From Candidatus Uhrbacteria bacterium (GTDB lineage Bacteria; Patescibacteriota; Patescibacteriia; UBA9934): a stretch of DNA of 64,000 nt. The notes beneath the pieces were generated by a model that was given only the letters and a program-made list of their open reading frames with translations, was not told the DNA's origin and ran no database searches. Shown piece after piece: positions 1 through 9,802 of this stretch. Made by a program: the position numbers and the translations under genes. The stretch is from positions 23,296 to 87,295 of the forward strand of contig CAWGHH010000001.1 in NCBI GenBank assembly GCA_963822405.1. The letters are read 5' to 3'. Every line of letters starts with the position of its first letter. Positions within the stretch are counted from its first letter, which is position 1.

Positions 1-450
1 CCCTTTTATAAGAAGAATTGAATTTACAAGTTCCTCAGTCTCCCGCATGCATGCATCGTAATCCGCATGCGTTCTGTACCACTCGAGCATCGTAAATTCT
101 ACGCTCCACCTCTCCCCCATCTTTTCAACATTTCGAAACACTGGTGTCAGCGTGTAGATCTTGTCGAGCCCCGCGCCGAGCAATTTCTTCATCGAATATT
201 CGGGGCTAGTGATCAAACCAGCTCTTGTCACCCTCACCCCTACCCTCTCCCCTTCGGTGAGAGGAAGAAGCGCACCAATCGTCCTGACATCAACCCCGAT
301 CGGATCAAGGTTCGGTTCCATGCCGGGGGACTTCACGAGGACGGGCGTGCGGACTTCTAAATAATTTTTAGATTGGAAAAAGGCGTGAACTTGGGAGATC
401 ACGCCATTCCATAATTCTGCACGAAGTATCAAATCGTCCTTACCGAGCAT
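1..450 (-). CDS. epmA: Elongation factor P lysine ligase EpmA/GenX-like protein (class II LysRS paralog), N-terminal part; CDS runs off the window start
   Basis: Minus-strand translation from the ATG at 448-450 gives MLGKDDLILRAELWNGVISQVHAFFQSKNYLEVRTPVL...SPEYSMKKLLGAGLDKIYTLTPVFRNVEKMGERWSVEFTMLEWY. This carries class II aaRS motifs 1-2 with no anticodon-binding domain. It is open to position 1 and lies 2 nt downstream of the rpsR stop. Confidence 0.5.
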   Translation of the reverse strand, partial: MLGKDDLILRAELWNGVISQVHAFFQSKNYLEVRTPVLVKSPGMEPNLDPIGVDVRTIGALLPLTEGERVGVRVTRAGLITSPEYSMKKLLGAGLDKIYTLTPVFRNVEKMGERWSVEFTMLEWYRTHADYDACMRETEELVNSILLIKG

Positions 451-452
451 GC

Positions 453-686
453 TTAAGCATTTACGAATGGGAGAAGACCAATGATTCTTGCGCGCTTGAT
501 TTCAACAGCAACTTTACGCTGATGAGCTGCACAAACGCCAGAGCGCTTGCGAGGAACAATCTTACCGAAGGAAGAAACTAGACGCTTCAACATGTCCGTG
601 TTCTTGTAGTCGATAACGATATCCTTGTTAACACAGAAGTAACAGTAACGAGCTGAAGTCTTTGGTTTGGTATTTGGAGGGTTCAT
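453..686 (-). CDS. rpsR: 30S ribosomal protein S18
   Basis: 77-aa ORF with the S18 signature CYFC...VSSFGKIVPRKRSGVCAAHQRKVAVEIKRARIIGLLPF. Confidence 0.9.
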   Translation of the reverse strand: MNPPNTKPKTSARYCYFCVNKDIVIDYKNTDMLKRLVSSFGKIVPRKRSGVCAAHQRKVAVEIKRARIIGLLPFVNA

Positions 687-689
687 AGA

Positions 690-1166
690 TTAAAACGGAA
701 TATCTTCTAACTTAATTTCATCATCCGGAGTTTGTGAGGGTTCAGAAGCAGCAATTGGCGCTTCTTCAAAGTTTGGTGAAGCAACGTATTCCGGCGAGGC
801 GGTGATAGGGGTCGACTTCGATGTCGACCCACCTGGACCGCCGAGCATGATCATGTTTTCGATCACGATTTCTGTGCGGTACTTCTTCACACCGTCCTGT
901 CCTTCCCAATCACGAGTTTGAATACGGCCATCAACGTACACTTTCTTGCCCTTAGTGAGGTACTGCGCGCAGATTTCTGCCAAGCGTCCCCAGGCAACTA
1001 CGTTGTGAAAATCCGCTTCTTCCTTCTTAATCCCCGCTTTGTCCGTATAGGCACGGTTCGTAGCCATTGAGAACGTGGTCACGGATTGTCCGCCAGTAGT
1101 CTTCCGCATCTCTGGATCCCGGGTCAGGTTTCCAATGAGCATTGCTTTGTTGAGTGAGGAAGCCAT
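690..1166 (-). CDS. ssb: Single-stranded DNA-binding protein
   Basis: OB-fold core (MLIGNLTRDPEMRKT...FHNVVAWGRLAEICAQYLTKGKKVYVDGRIQTRDWE), a Gly/Ser-rich linker and an acidic C-terminal tail DDEIKLEDIPF. It sits between rpsF and rpsR. Confidence 0.9.
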   Translation of the reverse strand: MASSLNKAMLIGNLTRDPEMRKTTGGQSVTTFSMATNRAYTDKAGIKKEEADFHNVVAWGRLAEICAQYLTKGKKVYVDGRIQTRDWEGQDGVKKYRTEIVIENMIMLGGPGGSTSKSTPITASPEYVASPNFEEAPIAASEPSQTPDDEIKLEDIPF

Positions 1167-1178
1167 AGGTTTTATCCT

Positions 1179-1658
1179 TTAGACATTCTTCATGATATCC
1201 GAGTCTAAGATCTGATCAAGCTTGTTTGAAAGTTCTTCTGTAGACAACTTCTTCACTGGAGCTTCAGCAACATGATGTTCCCGAGCTGGCTTGTCCTCTC
1301 GTTCGCTAGAACGACGACCTTCTGCCGTAAGTGGAGCAACGTAAGAAATGAGCTTGTAGGCGCCAGATGGGATTCCATCAGGACGACCAACAGTGATATG
1401 ACGAAGAACTTCTTCCGCTAGGCGGAGGTTCTGGTCAATCTTTAACATAGCAGACGCATCAGCGGCTACGTAGAAAAGCATGTATGTACCGTAACGCTCG
1501 CCCTCAATAACGTAGGCTAGCTTCTGCTTGCCCAAGTTAACTGTCTTCTCAATCTTTCCAGCACCTGCCTCAATAACCTTGGAAATCTCACCAGTGACTG
1601 CATCGATCTCGTTATCCGCATAACGGGACGGGATGACTGTCATGATCTCATAGATCAT
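1179..1658 (-). CDS. rpsF: 30S ribosomal protein S6 with extended C-terminus
   Basis: MIYEIMTVIPSRYADNEID...GERYGTYMLFYV, S6-like, first gene of the rpsF-ssb-rpsR arrangement. Confidence 0.8.
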   Translation of the reverse strand: MIYEIMTVIPSRYADNEIDAVTGEISKVIEAGAGKIEKTVNLGKQKLAYVIEGERYGTYMLFYVAADASAMLKIDQNLRLAEEVLRHITVGRPDGIPSGAYKLISYVAPLTAEGRRSSEREDKPAREHHVAEAPVKKLSTEELSNKLDQILDSDIMKNV

Positions 1659-1769
1659 AGGTCTTTGGTCGAGTTCTGCTCGACAGGTGCCAGTTGGAAC
1701 CTTTGGACAATATTTAGTGCCCGAAGATTAGCCGAAAAGGGGTTGTAAAGTCAAGAAGGAACTGCTAGC

Positions 1770-2966
1770 ATGGGCGAATCTATGCAATCCTTTGCCCTTC
1801 TCGGAGCACATCCGAACATCTCACTAGCTGAAATTCATGCCACAACTGGCTCTCAACCTTCTTGGAATGAAGGAGAATTTGCAGTGTTTGATGATGTTCA
1901 ATGGTCTTTTTCTGACCTGCAGAACCGTTTGGGCGGAGTCCAGAAGCTGGGCAGTGTTGTAGGCTCGATCACAAATATTGACACTAAAGAACTAGCCGCA
2001 TTCCTCGGCGCCGATCTAATTGAACAGAGCCCAGAAGGCAAATTGCACGTTGGTGTTAGCGTTTATGGCGAAGACGGTCAAAAGCTGGGTGATGTACGCG
2101 CCAAGCTCAAGAACCTTGGTTTTGATATTAAGAGCTATTTGAAAGAGGCTGGTCGAAGTGCTCGATACGTCATTTCCCGTGATCCAACCCTTTCAAGCGT
2201 AGTCATCAAGAACAACGATTTGCTCAAAAAGGGCGCGGAATTCGTTTTCATTATTCGAAAAGATGACATTTTGATCGGCAAGACGCTTGCAGTCCAGGAC
2301 GTCGATGTTTGGTCACACCGCGACATGGAACGCCCTCGCCGTAACGCCAAGCAGGGCATGTTGCCCCCAAAGCTGGCTCGCATGATGGTGAACTTGGCCG
2401 GCGGGAACATGAACGGCAAAGTTGTACTGGATCCATTTTGTGGCTCTGGCACCGTACTCATGGAAGCTGGTTTGCTTGGTGCTGACAGATTGATAGGCGG
2501 CGATATTGCAGCCATTGCTGTTGAAGACTCAAAAGCAAACCTCATTTGGATTCGTTCTGAGAACCCTTCCATGCCGGAAGCTGAACTTTACGTCTCTAAA
2601 GCTAGTGACGTCGCTTCAAAGATGGGTCCAGGAGAAGTAGACGCCATTATTACTGAAACCTATCTTGGTCGCCCTCGCCGCGGGGTAGAGTCAGTTGAGG
2701 AAGTACAAACAACTATTGACTACGTTGAAACTTTGTATCGCGAAAGCTTCTCTATTCTGAAAACCACCCTAAAACCTGATGGCGTTGTTGTTTTGACCGC
2801 ACCGTTCCATGTTGTCGATGACGAAATTATCGAACTCGATGGCGTGCGTATAATGGAAGAACTTGGCTACACCCATGTGCCAACTCCGTTTGATCCTCTC
2901 ATGTATCGCCACCAGAACCAATTAGTTGGTCGGAAGATTTTGATTTTCCGTCCAACCAAATCCTAG
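1770..2966 (+). CDS. Class I SAM-dependent RNA methyltransferase, THUMP/Trm11/RlmL-like
   Basis: Carries PPKLARMMVNLAG followed by motif I VLDPFCGSGTVLMEAG, typical of N2-guanine/N6-adenine RNA methyltransferases. The N-terminal roughly 200 aa could be THUMP-like. Confidence 0.55.
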   Translation: MGESMQSFALLGAHPNISLAEIHATTGSQPSWNEGEFAVFDDVQWSFSDLQNRLGGVQKLGSVVGSITNIDTKELAAFLGADLIEQSPEGKLHVGVSVYGEDGQKLGDVRAKLKNLGFDIKSYLKEAGRSARYVISRDPTLSSVVIKNNDLLKKGAEFVFIIRKDDILIGKTLAVQDVDVWSHRDMERPRRNAKQGMLPPKLARMMVNLAGGNMNGKVVLDPFCGSGTVLMEAGLLGADRLIGGDIAAIAVEDSKANLIWIRSENPSMPEAELYVSKASDVASKMGPGEVDAIITETYLGRPRRGVESVEEVQTTIDYVETLYRESFSILKTTLKPDGVVVLTAPFHVVDDEIIELDGVRIMEELGYTHVPTPFDPLMYRHQNQLVGRKILIFRPTKS

Positions 2967-2975
2967 GAGGCTTCC

Positions 2976-3191
2976 TTGGCTCAGCTAACGATCGGTGAGA
3001 TCGCACGCAACCCAACGACCTTCCTCCGAATGGTCGTACCTCTCTGCATTGAGCTCCCAACCGTCAGAAATGGTGACCGATATACCATTTTTCAAATTCT
3101 TTCGGATGCTGAATACTTAGTGGAAACCGAGGTGTACAGCGAAGACGAAATGAAGGAGATACTGGCCCTTCCTTTTGGCGATCGGTCTTAA
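2976..3191 (+). CDS. Small hypothetical protein, possibly the 5' part of a frameshifted gene together with 3175..3444
   Basis: 71-aa ORF with no recognisable motifs; it overlaps the next ORF by 17 nt in another frame. Confidence 0.2.
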   Translation: MAQLTIGEIARNPTTFLRMVVPLCIELPTVRNGDRYTIFQILSDAEYLVETEVYSEDEMKEILALPFGDRS

Positions 3192-3444
3192 ACCGTTCGA
3201 ACCAGAGCTACAAGTGCGTGTACTTGTCAGAGCCGTTGAACGGCAACTTCCAGGCATGGAAATATTCGCTCAGGAGTATCCGTTTATCGAGCGTCTCCAG
3301 GCCACAAAAAAGGTGCTCAAAACGTACCCGCACCCCTCAGACAAAGCGCTTCTGCGGGAAATCATCCACCTCATAAGGTGCCATGTACCGAACGCATACG
3401 GCAATCAACCGCCGCGCAGAACCCTATTCATTCCGCCGTTGTGA
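3175..3444 (+). CDS. Small hypothetical protein
   Basis: 89-aa ORF with no recognisable motifs. Confidence 0.2.
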   Translation: MAIGLKPFEPELQVRVLVRAVERQLPGMEIFAQEYPFIERLQATKKVLKTYPHPSDKALLREIIHLIRCHVPNAYGNQPPRRTLFIPPL

Positions 3445-3554
3445 CCGTCAACGCCCAGCCAAAAACTGGGCGTTAAGTTTATATAAAAAGCACCCGCCTA
3501 CACTGACCTACTGGTCTGTGTGGCGGGGCTAAGCTCCGTCTGAGCTCTGACGTG

Positions 3555-4541
3555 TTACTTGGCTTCGGCCGTGCGCAAGTCCGTAGCCAGGATGGCGCGT
3601 TCCACGGCTTCGGCCATGTCCCACGCATCCACGTTGGTACGGCGCCCGCGCCGTTCGCTCTTGCGAGTCTGCCAGGCAAGGAGGAAGCCGGACGAGTGGG
3701 CGAACCAACCGTTCCCGCCGCTACCGATCGTTTCGCCGGCGCGCTCGATCACCTCACGGATAAGCGGGTGATCCATGCGCGTGCGCTCACTGTCCTTCCG
3801 GCGGACCACGATGTTGTCCTTGTCCTCCACGATCACCACGGCGCGGATGCCGTAGTTGCGGAAGAGGACGAGCTGGACGAACTTGATCGGGTCAAAGCAC
3901 AAGGCGACCTTTCCTTCTTCCCGAATGATGATCTTCTGCTTCCTGATCGCTCGGGCCACGTTGGCCTCCGCGTTCATGTAAGCGATCTTCTGACGGACGT
4001 ACAAGCGCAGGTAGTCACGCGCGAAGCACACGAGCTGGTAGTCCGCCCACTCGGGGGACTCGCCAATGCTCTCCGCCTGCTCCCACATGATCCCAACCAT
4101 GATCCGGAAGGTCCCGATCAAGGAGTGATCTGTGATGAACTCGGCGTCGCTCTCGGTCAGGTTCGGGACGATCATGCGGATCCCTTCGGACCCGTACGCC
4201 TCCTGAGAGTCCAGGAACTGCGCGAGGGGCTTGAGCGCGTCCATGATGCGTTTGTCCTCGGCCAATGCGCCGTAGGTCTGGAGAACGGCCTCGAATGCCG
4301 AGTGTACCCGGCCTTCACCGTCTACCTCGCCCTTGAAACCCACACCGCCAGTGTTCAGATCGACTGCGACCTGCATGGGACCCATGTGCCCGTTCCACTC
4401 CGCGTCCATGAAATAGACCTCCGCGTCATTGAACTCGGGGACCAAGCTCATGAACAGGGCTACCGCGAAAGCAGAGTCCGCATTCACACCGCGATGGGTG
4501 TAGATGCGGGGCTGCGAGCTCGCGAGCCCGCTCGCCGACAT
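3555..4541 (-). CDS. Divergent MYG1/UPF0160-like metal-dependent hydrolase homolog
   Basis: The 328-aa minus-strand ORF sits in a GC-rich segment. Its N-terminus IYTHRGVNADSAFAVALF resembles the MYG1 motif THNGTFHCDEALACALL, and its C-terminus WFAHSSGF resembles FVHASGF. Several metal-ligand positions are not conserved. The overlapping 375-aa plus-strand ORF has the low-complexity L/R/V/D/H-rich composition of an antisense GC-rich ORF. Confidence 0.35.
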   Translation of the reverse strand: MSASGLASSQPRIYTHRGVNADSAFAVALFMSLVPEFNDAEVYFMDAEWNGHMGPMQVAVDLNTGGVGFKGEVDGEGRVHSAFEAVLQTYGALAEDKRIMDALKPLAQFLDSQEAYGSEGIRMIVPNLTESDAEFITDHSLIGTFRIMVGIMWEQAESIGESPEWADYQLVCFARDYLRLYVRQKIAYMNAEANVARAIRKQKIIIREEGKVALCFDPIKFVQLVLFRNYGIRAVVIVEDKDNIVVRRKDSERTRMDHPLIREVIERAGETIGSGGNGWFAHSSGFLLAWQTRKSERRGRRTNVDAWDMAEAVERAILATDLRTAEAK

Positions 4542-4714
4542 TCATCGGCCGTTCCTGCTCTGACATACATCACCTCGATTGCTGGGGTTTTCGAACTATT
4601 CCGCTGGCCAGCCTTCGCCGAACCAACCGCGAAGCATAGCAAAAATATGGCCCCTTGTCCATCCCCTTATAGGAGGTGAGACTTGCCAATTTCGCTAATC
4701 TTAGATAAAGTTAT

Positions 4715-5182
4715 TTGGCCTTTGGAGGTTCCATGCTCACCTTGATCGCCCTTTTGGGTCTTGCCGAGGCCGCTCCCCCAGTCACCCAGTCCTCGTACAT
4801 CCTGAACTCTGACGAGCTTACGCTCATCAAGTTCCTGGAACAGAACTGCACGGGAGGCGGTGGCGAACACCCCGGCACGTGCAAAATAGTCATCACGGAC
4901 GATGGCTGGGCCACCGTTACTCCGCCCACCGGAGAACCCATCGTCAATCGCTTGAACGGCGGAAACCCCATCCGCCACGACGGTTACGTCATGGGCTGCT
5001 CTGACCGCTCAGTCTCCGTGGTCTCGTGCACGATTGCCCTTAATCACGTCATGAGCAGTATCGACATGTCCATGGACGGCAAGCCGTTCATCAGCCTCAA
5101 GAACTTCAGGACCGGAACCGAGATCTCGTTCGAAACCGAGAATTACCTCGTCACCGACTCCGGTGTCCTCCAATCCATGTAG
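4715..5182 (+). CDS. Secreted hypothetical protein
   Basis: N-terminal signal peptide MLTLIALLGLAEAAP; no catalytic motifs; GC-rich. Confidence 0.45.
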   Translation: MAFGGSMLTLIALLGLAEAAPPVTQSSYILNSDELTLIKFLEQNCTGGGGEHPGTCKIVITDDGWATVTPPTGEPIVNRLNGGNPIRHDGYVMGCSDRSVSVVSCTIALNHVMSSIDMSMDGKPFISLKNFRTGTEISFETENYLVTDSGVLQSM

Positions 5183-5187
5183 CAGGC

Positions 5188-5236
5188 TCGCACGCCAGCT
5201 ACCAAAAACGCCGACCCCAAGGGCCGGCGTTCTTAT
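5188..5236. terminator. Bidirectional rho-independent terminator between convergent genes
   Basis: Hairpin aaaaacgccgacccc-aag-ggccggcgttcttattt, with an A-run before and a T-run after. Confidence 0.35.
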
Positions 5237-6313
5237 TTACGCCCCGATTCTGAAATGACAAACATCACCGTCTTGCATCACGTATTCCTTCCCCTCGATT
5301 CTAAGCTTTCCCTTATCTCTCGCCCCCGCTTCCCCGCCACACTCAACGAAATCTTGATACGAGATCACTTCTGCGCGAATAAAATTCTTTGTAAAATCTG
5401 TGTGAATTACACCGGCGGCTTCTGGTCCCTTGGCGCCTCGATGCACTGTCCACGCACGAGTTTCAACCTCGCCGGTTGTCAGGAAGGTGATGAGGTCCAG
5501 TAACTCATAACATTTCTTAATCACTTTATCTAGTCCGGATTCTTTCATGCCGAGCGCGTCGAGCATTTCTTTCGCTTCTGCCTCTGGTAGCCCTGCAAGT
5601 TCAGCCTCGATCTTTACTGAAATAGGAACCGCGAATCTTATTGGCCCGAGTGGCGACACCCAATTTGGATCTTTTGCTGACTCTTCATCAGAGTTAACAA
5701 TGTACAAAATAGGTTTGTTTGTTAGCAACTGGATTGTAGCCACCGCCTCCTTCTCCTCATCAGTTAACTCGACAGACAACGCCATCTTTCCCTGACTTAA
5801 AGCATCAAACCACTTCTGTAGCGCAGAAGCTTGTGGCGCAAGGTCAGGATTTTTTCCGCCCTTCATCTTATTATTAGCATTGTCGAGCAACTTCTGGACG
5901 GTCGCATGATCCGCCATGGCCAGTTCGAGCTCGATCACCTCGACATCCCTAGCCGGGTCGACGGAACCGTCAACGTGCATAACGTCCGGGTTCTCGAAAG
6001 AACGCACCACATGCACGATCATGTCCACTTCCCGGATATTCGCTAGAAACTTGTTACCAAGTCCTTCGCCCTTGTGCGCGCCCTTCACAAGACCGGCGAT
6101 ATCAACAAACTCAATAGCAGCCTTTATCTTCTTCGTGGTGTGCGAGATCTCGGCCAGTACATCGACGCGCGGGTCTGGCACTTCAACAACACCGACGTTA
6201 GGTTCGATGGTGCAGAAAGGAAAATTCGCGCAGTCTACCTGCTTTTTTGTAAGGGCTGTAAAAAGGGTTGACTTGCCCACATTCGGGAGGCCAACGATAC
6301 CGACGTTTAGCAT
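5237..6313 (-). CDS. ychF: Ribosome-binding ATPase YchF (Obg-family GTPase)
   Basis: G1 GLPNVGKST; [12 protein letters not shown]; DIAGLVKGA; C-terminal TGS domain [30 protein letters not shown]. Confidence 0.9.
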   Translation of the reverse strand: MLNVGIVGLPNVGKSTLFTALTKKQVDCANFPFCTIEPNVGVVEVPDPRVDVLAEISHTTKKIKAAIEFVDIAGLVKGAHKGEGLGNKFLANIREVDMIVHVVRSFENPDVMHVDGSVDPARDVEVIELELAMADHATVQKLLDNANNKMKGGKNPDLAPQASALQKWFDALSQGKMALSVELTDEEKEAVATIQLLTNKPILYIVNSDEESAKDPNWVSPLGPIRFAVPISVKIEAELAGLPEAEAKEMLDALGMKESGLDKVIKKCYELLDLITFLTTGEVETRAWTVHRGAKGPEAAGVIHTDFTKNFIRAEVISYQDFVECGGEAGARDKGKLRIEGKEYVMQDGDVCHFRIGA

Positions 6314-6353
6314 AGACTGGTTACAATAAGAGGCCAGGTTACCTGACTCGTAC

Positions 6354-7430
6354 CTACTTAGTCAAAATAAAGTCCTGCTTTTCTACCGGAATAACTTGTC
6401 CGTCTAAGGCTTTGCTAGCCAGCCCAGCAAAAATCTGCCTAATGGCCTCTTTTTCATTTTTAAGCTTTGCCGCCCTCTGCTCGTCGGACATCTTGCTCCA
6501 ATCCGCATCGTTATATGTCACCGGATTGTCTAAAGACTTTTTTAAATCCTTAATCACGCTTATTTTATTCTCTTTCAGAGCTCGTAAAATAGTCCTCATC
6601 CAGAGCTCATGGTCTTCCATGCCTCTTATTGAAACCTCTTCACCGGTTGGAGATTCTACTTTTTGGCCGTTACAATTTGGATTAAACCCGCCCAAATCTA
6701 CAACATCCATGAGTTTATAAATGGACAAGGTATTTCTTGATAACGGAACCAGCTCAGTCAAATTCGCAGATTCCGGGTTTCGAATGATCTTTGCTAAGGC
6801 CTCGAACCGATTCGCGGGAATATCGTTTCTAGGTTGGCTCACGTCTGCCTCGTCCTCCCTAACTGTAAAAATATATCGGGCATCTTGATTGATTAGTTCA
6901 CTAATCTGTTCGAGCTCGTTAGGTGTTAGCTCGACATCAAATGACAAATTTAATATTCTCACCCGATCACGATTAATTTTCTTCTGCAGACAAAGCTCAT
7001 TAATAAGCGCCGCTCCGGAATTCAAACCGGCTGTCAGCGAATAATTTTCAATCTGCAAAGGCACGAGGTCGAGCTCGGAAGTATTAGCACTGATTGCCTT
7101 AAGCGATTTTTCGGTCACGCCCGCGTCTTCTTTCTGATTGATACTCATGAGTACGCCTTGCAAGCCAGGAATCTTCTCCTTAAGTACCTTCATTTTTTCA
7201 GCGAACAACTTGATAGCATCCTCATCTTTGTTCCAACATCTAACAATCGCCACAACTATAGCCGAGGCTTCAGATTTCGCCTGTTCGAACTTAGTCTCAA
7301 GAACATTTGTTTGTTTCAAACCTAACTCAGACAAATGAATTCTCGGCCTAATACCACGCTCACCAGATTGCTCGATAGAACTAATCATTTCATCAACACC
7401 ACCCTTTCGCCTGGATTCGAATTCAACCAT
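6354..7430 (-). CDS. Hypothetical protein, last gene of the surface-protein operon
   Basis: 358-aa ORF with no recognisable motifs; same strand and tightly spaced after 7442..9799. Confidence 0.45.
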   Translation of the reverse strand: MVEFESRRKGGVDEMISSIEQSGERGIRPRIHLSELGLKQTNVLETKFEQAKSEASAIVVAIVRCWNKDEDAIKLFAEKMKVLKEKIPGLQGVLMSINQKEDAGVTEKSLKAISANTSELDLVPLQIENYSLTAGLNSGAALINELCLQKKINRDRVRILNLSFDVELTPNELEQISELINQDARYIFTVREDEADVSQPRNDIPANRFEALAKIIRNPESANLTELVPLSRNTLSIYKLMDVVDLGGFNPNCNGQKVESPTGEEVSIRGMEDHELWMRTILRALKENKISVIKDLKKSLDNPVTYNDADWSKMSDEQRAAKLKNEKEAIRQIFAGLASKALDGQVIPVEKQDFILTK

Positions 7431-7441
7431 ATGTACGCGGG

Positions 7442-9799
7442 CTAGGGAGTTATCGATGTTGGAGCCGGTATCGTTGTGTCAGCCGGCGGAACGGTAGGTT
7501 CGATTGGCTCGGGAATTACCGGCTTAACCGTTGTCTCGTTCTTTTGCAGCTTATCAAGCCTTGTCTTTACAGTTTCATTGTCTGGATTAGTTGCGACTAG
7601 TTCTTTTAGCAAGTTAATCGCTTTATCTTTCTTACTCTGTGCTTCGTAAGCCACCGAGAGGTACCACTTCACGTTGTCATTCTTTGGATCAAGCGCCAGA
7701 GCACGTTCAAGCTCAGTTGCCGCCAGGTCATTCTTGCCTTGGCGCAAGTAGAGAAGCGACAGCTGAATGCTGACACCGACATCTTTTGGACTAATAGCGC
7801 GAGTAACTTCCATGCTCTGCACAGCACCAGCGAGATCGCCTTTTCGCTCAGAAACGAATGACGAATAATACCGAGCCGAAGCATAATCACCCTTTAAGGC
7901 AATTGCTTTTGTAAGCGCGTCACCGGCTTTAGTTAGTGCTTCCGCCTGCGCGTCTTTAGCCTTCTTGGCGTCTGCCTCAACCTTTCCGTCAATTAACGGA
8001 TTCAGCAAATCAGAACGGACGATGTACGCTCGAGCTACATCAACTAAATATTTTGGGTTATTTGGCGCGAGTGAAGCAGCCTTTTCTGATGCACCTATAG
8101 CCTTACTATTTGCATCTGCCATCACAGAGGAAAATTCTCTATAAACGGTGGCCAACATTTGCCAGTTAGCAATGCTATTTGGCCCAATATTTACAGCAGC
8201 AATTGCCGAATTAACTGTCGCAGATGAATATCCTTGGAGAGCCGTAGGATCAGCCTTTGGATCAGCTGCCAAGGTGGACGTCTGGATCAACAAGGCGTTT
8301 GATAGGTTTCGATAGTATGAATCGTTGTGGGGGTTGAGCGTAGCAGCACTGTTCAAAAGCTTGATGACATCGGCTGCTGGTGCGCCTTCTTTATCTCGAG
8401 CCACAGCTTTGGCAAACGCCATTTCGGCGCCGTACCGAGTGATCGACAAGAACAGTGAAATCATGACGCCGACTGTCCCGAGCAAAGCAACAAAACTCGA
8501 CAATAAAGCTAGCCGAGGAGAATGTGCATGAGAAACTTCCTTACTTTGCGGTAAAGCAATAGCCGCTATCCAAGCTGTAAACAAGACCAAGATAAATAAT
8601 GTTGTCACAGTAAAGGAGAACATGAAAAAGGCAATAGCAATCGTCACCCAACCAATAACCGGAGGCAAAATTCTATCCCAATCAGGTTTAGTCGAAACAA
8701 CCGCTCGGAAGACGAATAGTATAAGCGCCAACGGAAATAATAGCGCGGCAATAATTCCTAGAATGCCGTAAGTAGCCAGCATAGTGAAGAACTCACTCAT
8801 GGCAGAACTAAAGCGCGTATCCCAGAACAAACTAGAATTCAGTTCCGCAGGCGAATACTGCGTGTAATCTATTCCGAATGTCCCCGGCCCTGAACCAATT
8901 AGTGGGTGTGCGGCCAAGGTTTGAGAAACCACGGTCATTGAAGACTTCAGGTTCAAGCTAACCTCCGGCGGGAATTTTCCATGCAACGGCGAAGGGATAA
9001 ATAGAAAAACAATCGCGAGCGCCAAAAATAGTCCAGGAATTGTTAAGACCGCCGTCTTTTGTAGCAATTCCGGTCGAGCAAACACGAAGGTAAACAGGAA
9101 AAGCGTTGTAGCGATAACCATCACCCACAACAACACTGAATCAAAGGCTATAAGCGCGAGCGCGGCCGTGAAAGCCGTGACTCCAAAGCTGATAGCGGTA
9201 ATTATTTGTTGTCGAGCTGAAGTTCGGCGACCGGTAGTGAGATACGTACTAACTCCGAACATTGTCATAGTCACCAAATAAACGGCAAAAGCAGTAGGCA
9301 CGCCGATAGTATTTTGGAATGGCGGAATAGATAGGCCAAAAAACGTCAAAAAAGACAAAAAGCCGGTTATCGCAGAACCTACCAGTAATGACGTGGTGAT
9401 GTCCCGTTGCAACTTCTCGTCTTCAAAGAAAACCGAGCCTAATAGCATCAAGAAGTACAACAGAACTCCCAAAAGTAAACTCGAGTGCTCCTGTCCACCC
9501 TCGCCCATGAAGCTAGTGGAAGGAGCCAGCGAGAAAGCACTAGATAGTGCCGCAATAGCTAAGAATACAATAGGTAAAAGCAAAACCGGATGTGTTTTTA
9601 CGTGGAGCGACTTGGTCAATGCCATGCCCAAAAATGATGTAGCCGCAATTCCCGTCCCCAAAATCACCAGAATGAACGATTTATTAAAGTCGAACACGTC
9701 CGTAGTCCACGGGAACATGACAAGCGGTACTAAAATTGCCGCTAGGCACCAAAGCACCCGAGAAATCTTCAGTAACATGAGGCCAATTTTGTGGGACAT
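7442..9799 (-). CDS. Polytopic membrane protein of the O-antigen ligase/polymerase type fused to C-terminal TPR repeats
   Basis: The N-terminal roughly 440 aa contain at least 10 predicted TM helices. The C-terminal roughly 300 aa are TPR-like (for example LSLLYLRQGKNDLAATELERALALDPKNDNVKWYLSVAYEA). The protein ends with a Pro/Thr-rich tail ...TTIPAPTSITP. Its start overlaps the stop of the upstream gene. Confidence 0.55.
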   Translation of the reverse strand: MSHKIGLMLLKISRVLWCLAAILVPLVMFPWTTDVFDFNKSFILVILGTGIAATSFLGMALTKSLHVKTHPVLLLPIVFLAIAALSSAFSLAPSTSFMGEGGQEHSSLLLGVLLYFLMLLGSVFFEDEKLQRDITTSLLVGSAITGFLSFLTFFGLSIPPFQNTIGVPTAFAVYLVTMTMFGVSTYLTTGRRTSARQQIITAISFGVTAFTAALALIAFDSVLLWVMVIATTLFLFTFVFARPELLQKTAVLTIPGLFLALAIVFLFIPSPLHGKFPPEVSLNLKSSMTVVSQTLAAHPLIGSGPGTFGIDYTQYSPAELNSSLFWDTRFSSAMSEFFTMLATYGILGIIAALLFPLALILFVFRAVVSTKPDWDRILPPVIGWVTIAIAFFMFSFTVTTLFILVLFTAWIAAIALPQSKEVSHAHSPRLALLSSFVALLGTVGVMISLFLSITRYGAEMAFAKAVARDKEGAPAADVIKLLNSAATLNPHNDSYYRNLSNALLIQTSTLAADPKADPTALQGYSSATVNSAIAAVNIGPNSIANWQMLATVYREFSSVMADANSKAIGASEKAASLAPNNPKYLVDVARAYIVRSDLLNPLIDGKVEADAKKAKDAQAEALTKAGDALTKAIALKGDYASARYYSSFVSERKGDLAGAVQSMEVTRAISPKDVGVSIQLSLLYLRQGKNDLAATELERALALDPKNDNVKWYLSVAYEAQSKKDKAINLLKELVATNPDNETVKTRLDKLQKNETTVKPVIPEPIEPTVPPADTTIPAPTSITP

Positions 9800-9802
9800 A
9801 TT

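Noticed and set aside
3552-4679. 375-aa plus-strand ORF, along with similar long ORFs at 11865..14132 (+), 21619..22704 (+), 35296..35778 (+) and 5916..6329 (+).
   Set aside because: All lie antisense to better-supported genes in GC-rich or repeat-rich DNA. Their translations are low-complexity (R/L/V/H/D-rich) with no motifs. They are typical antisense artefacts.
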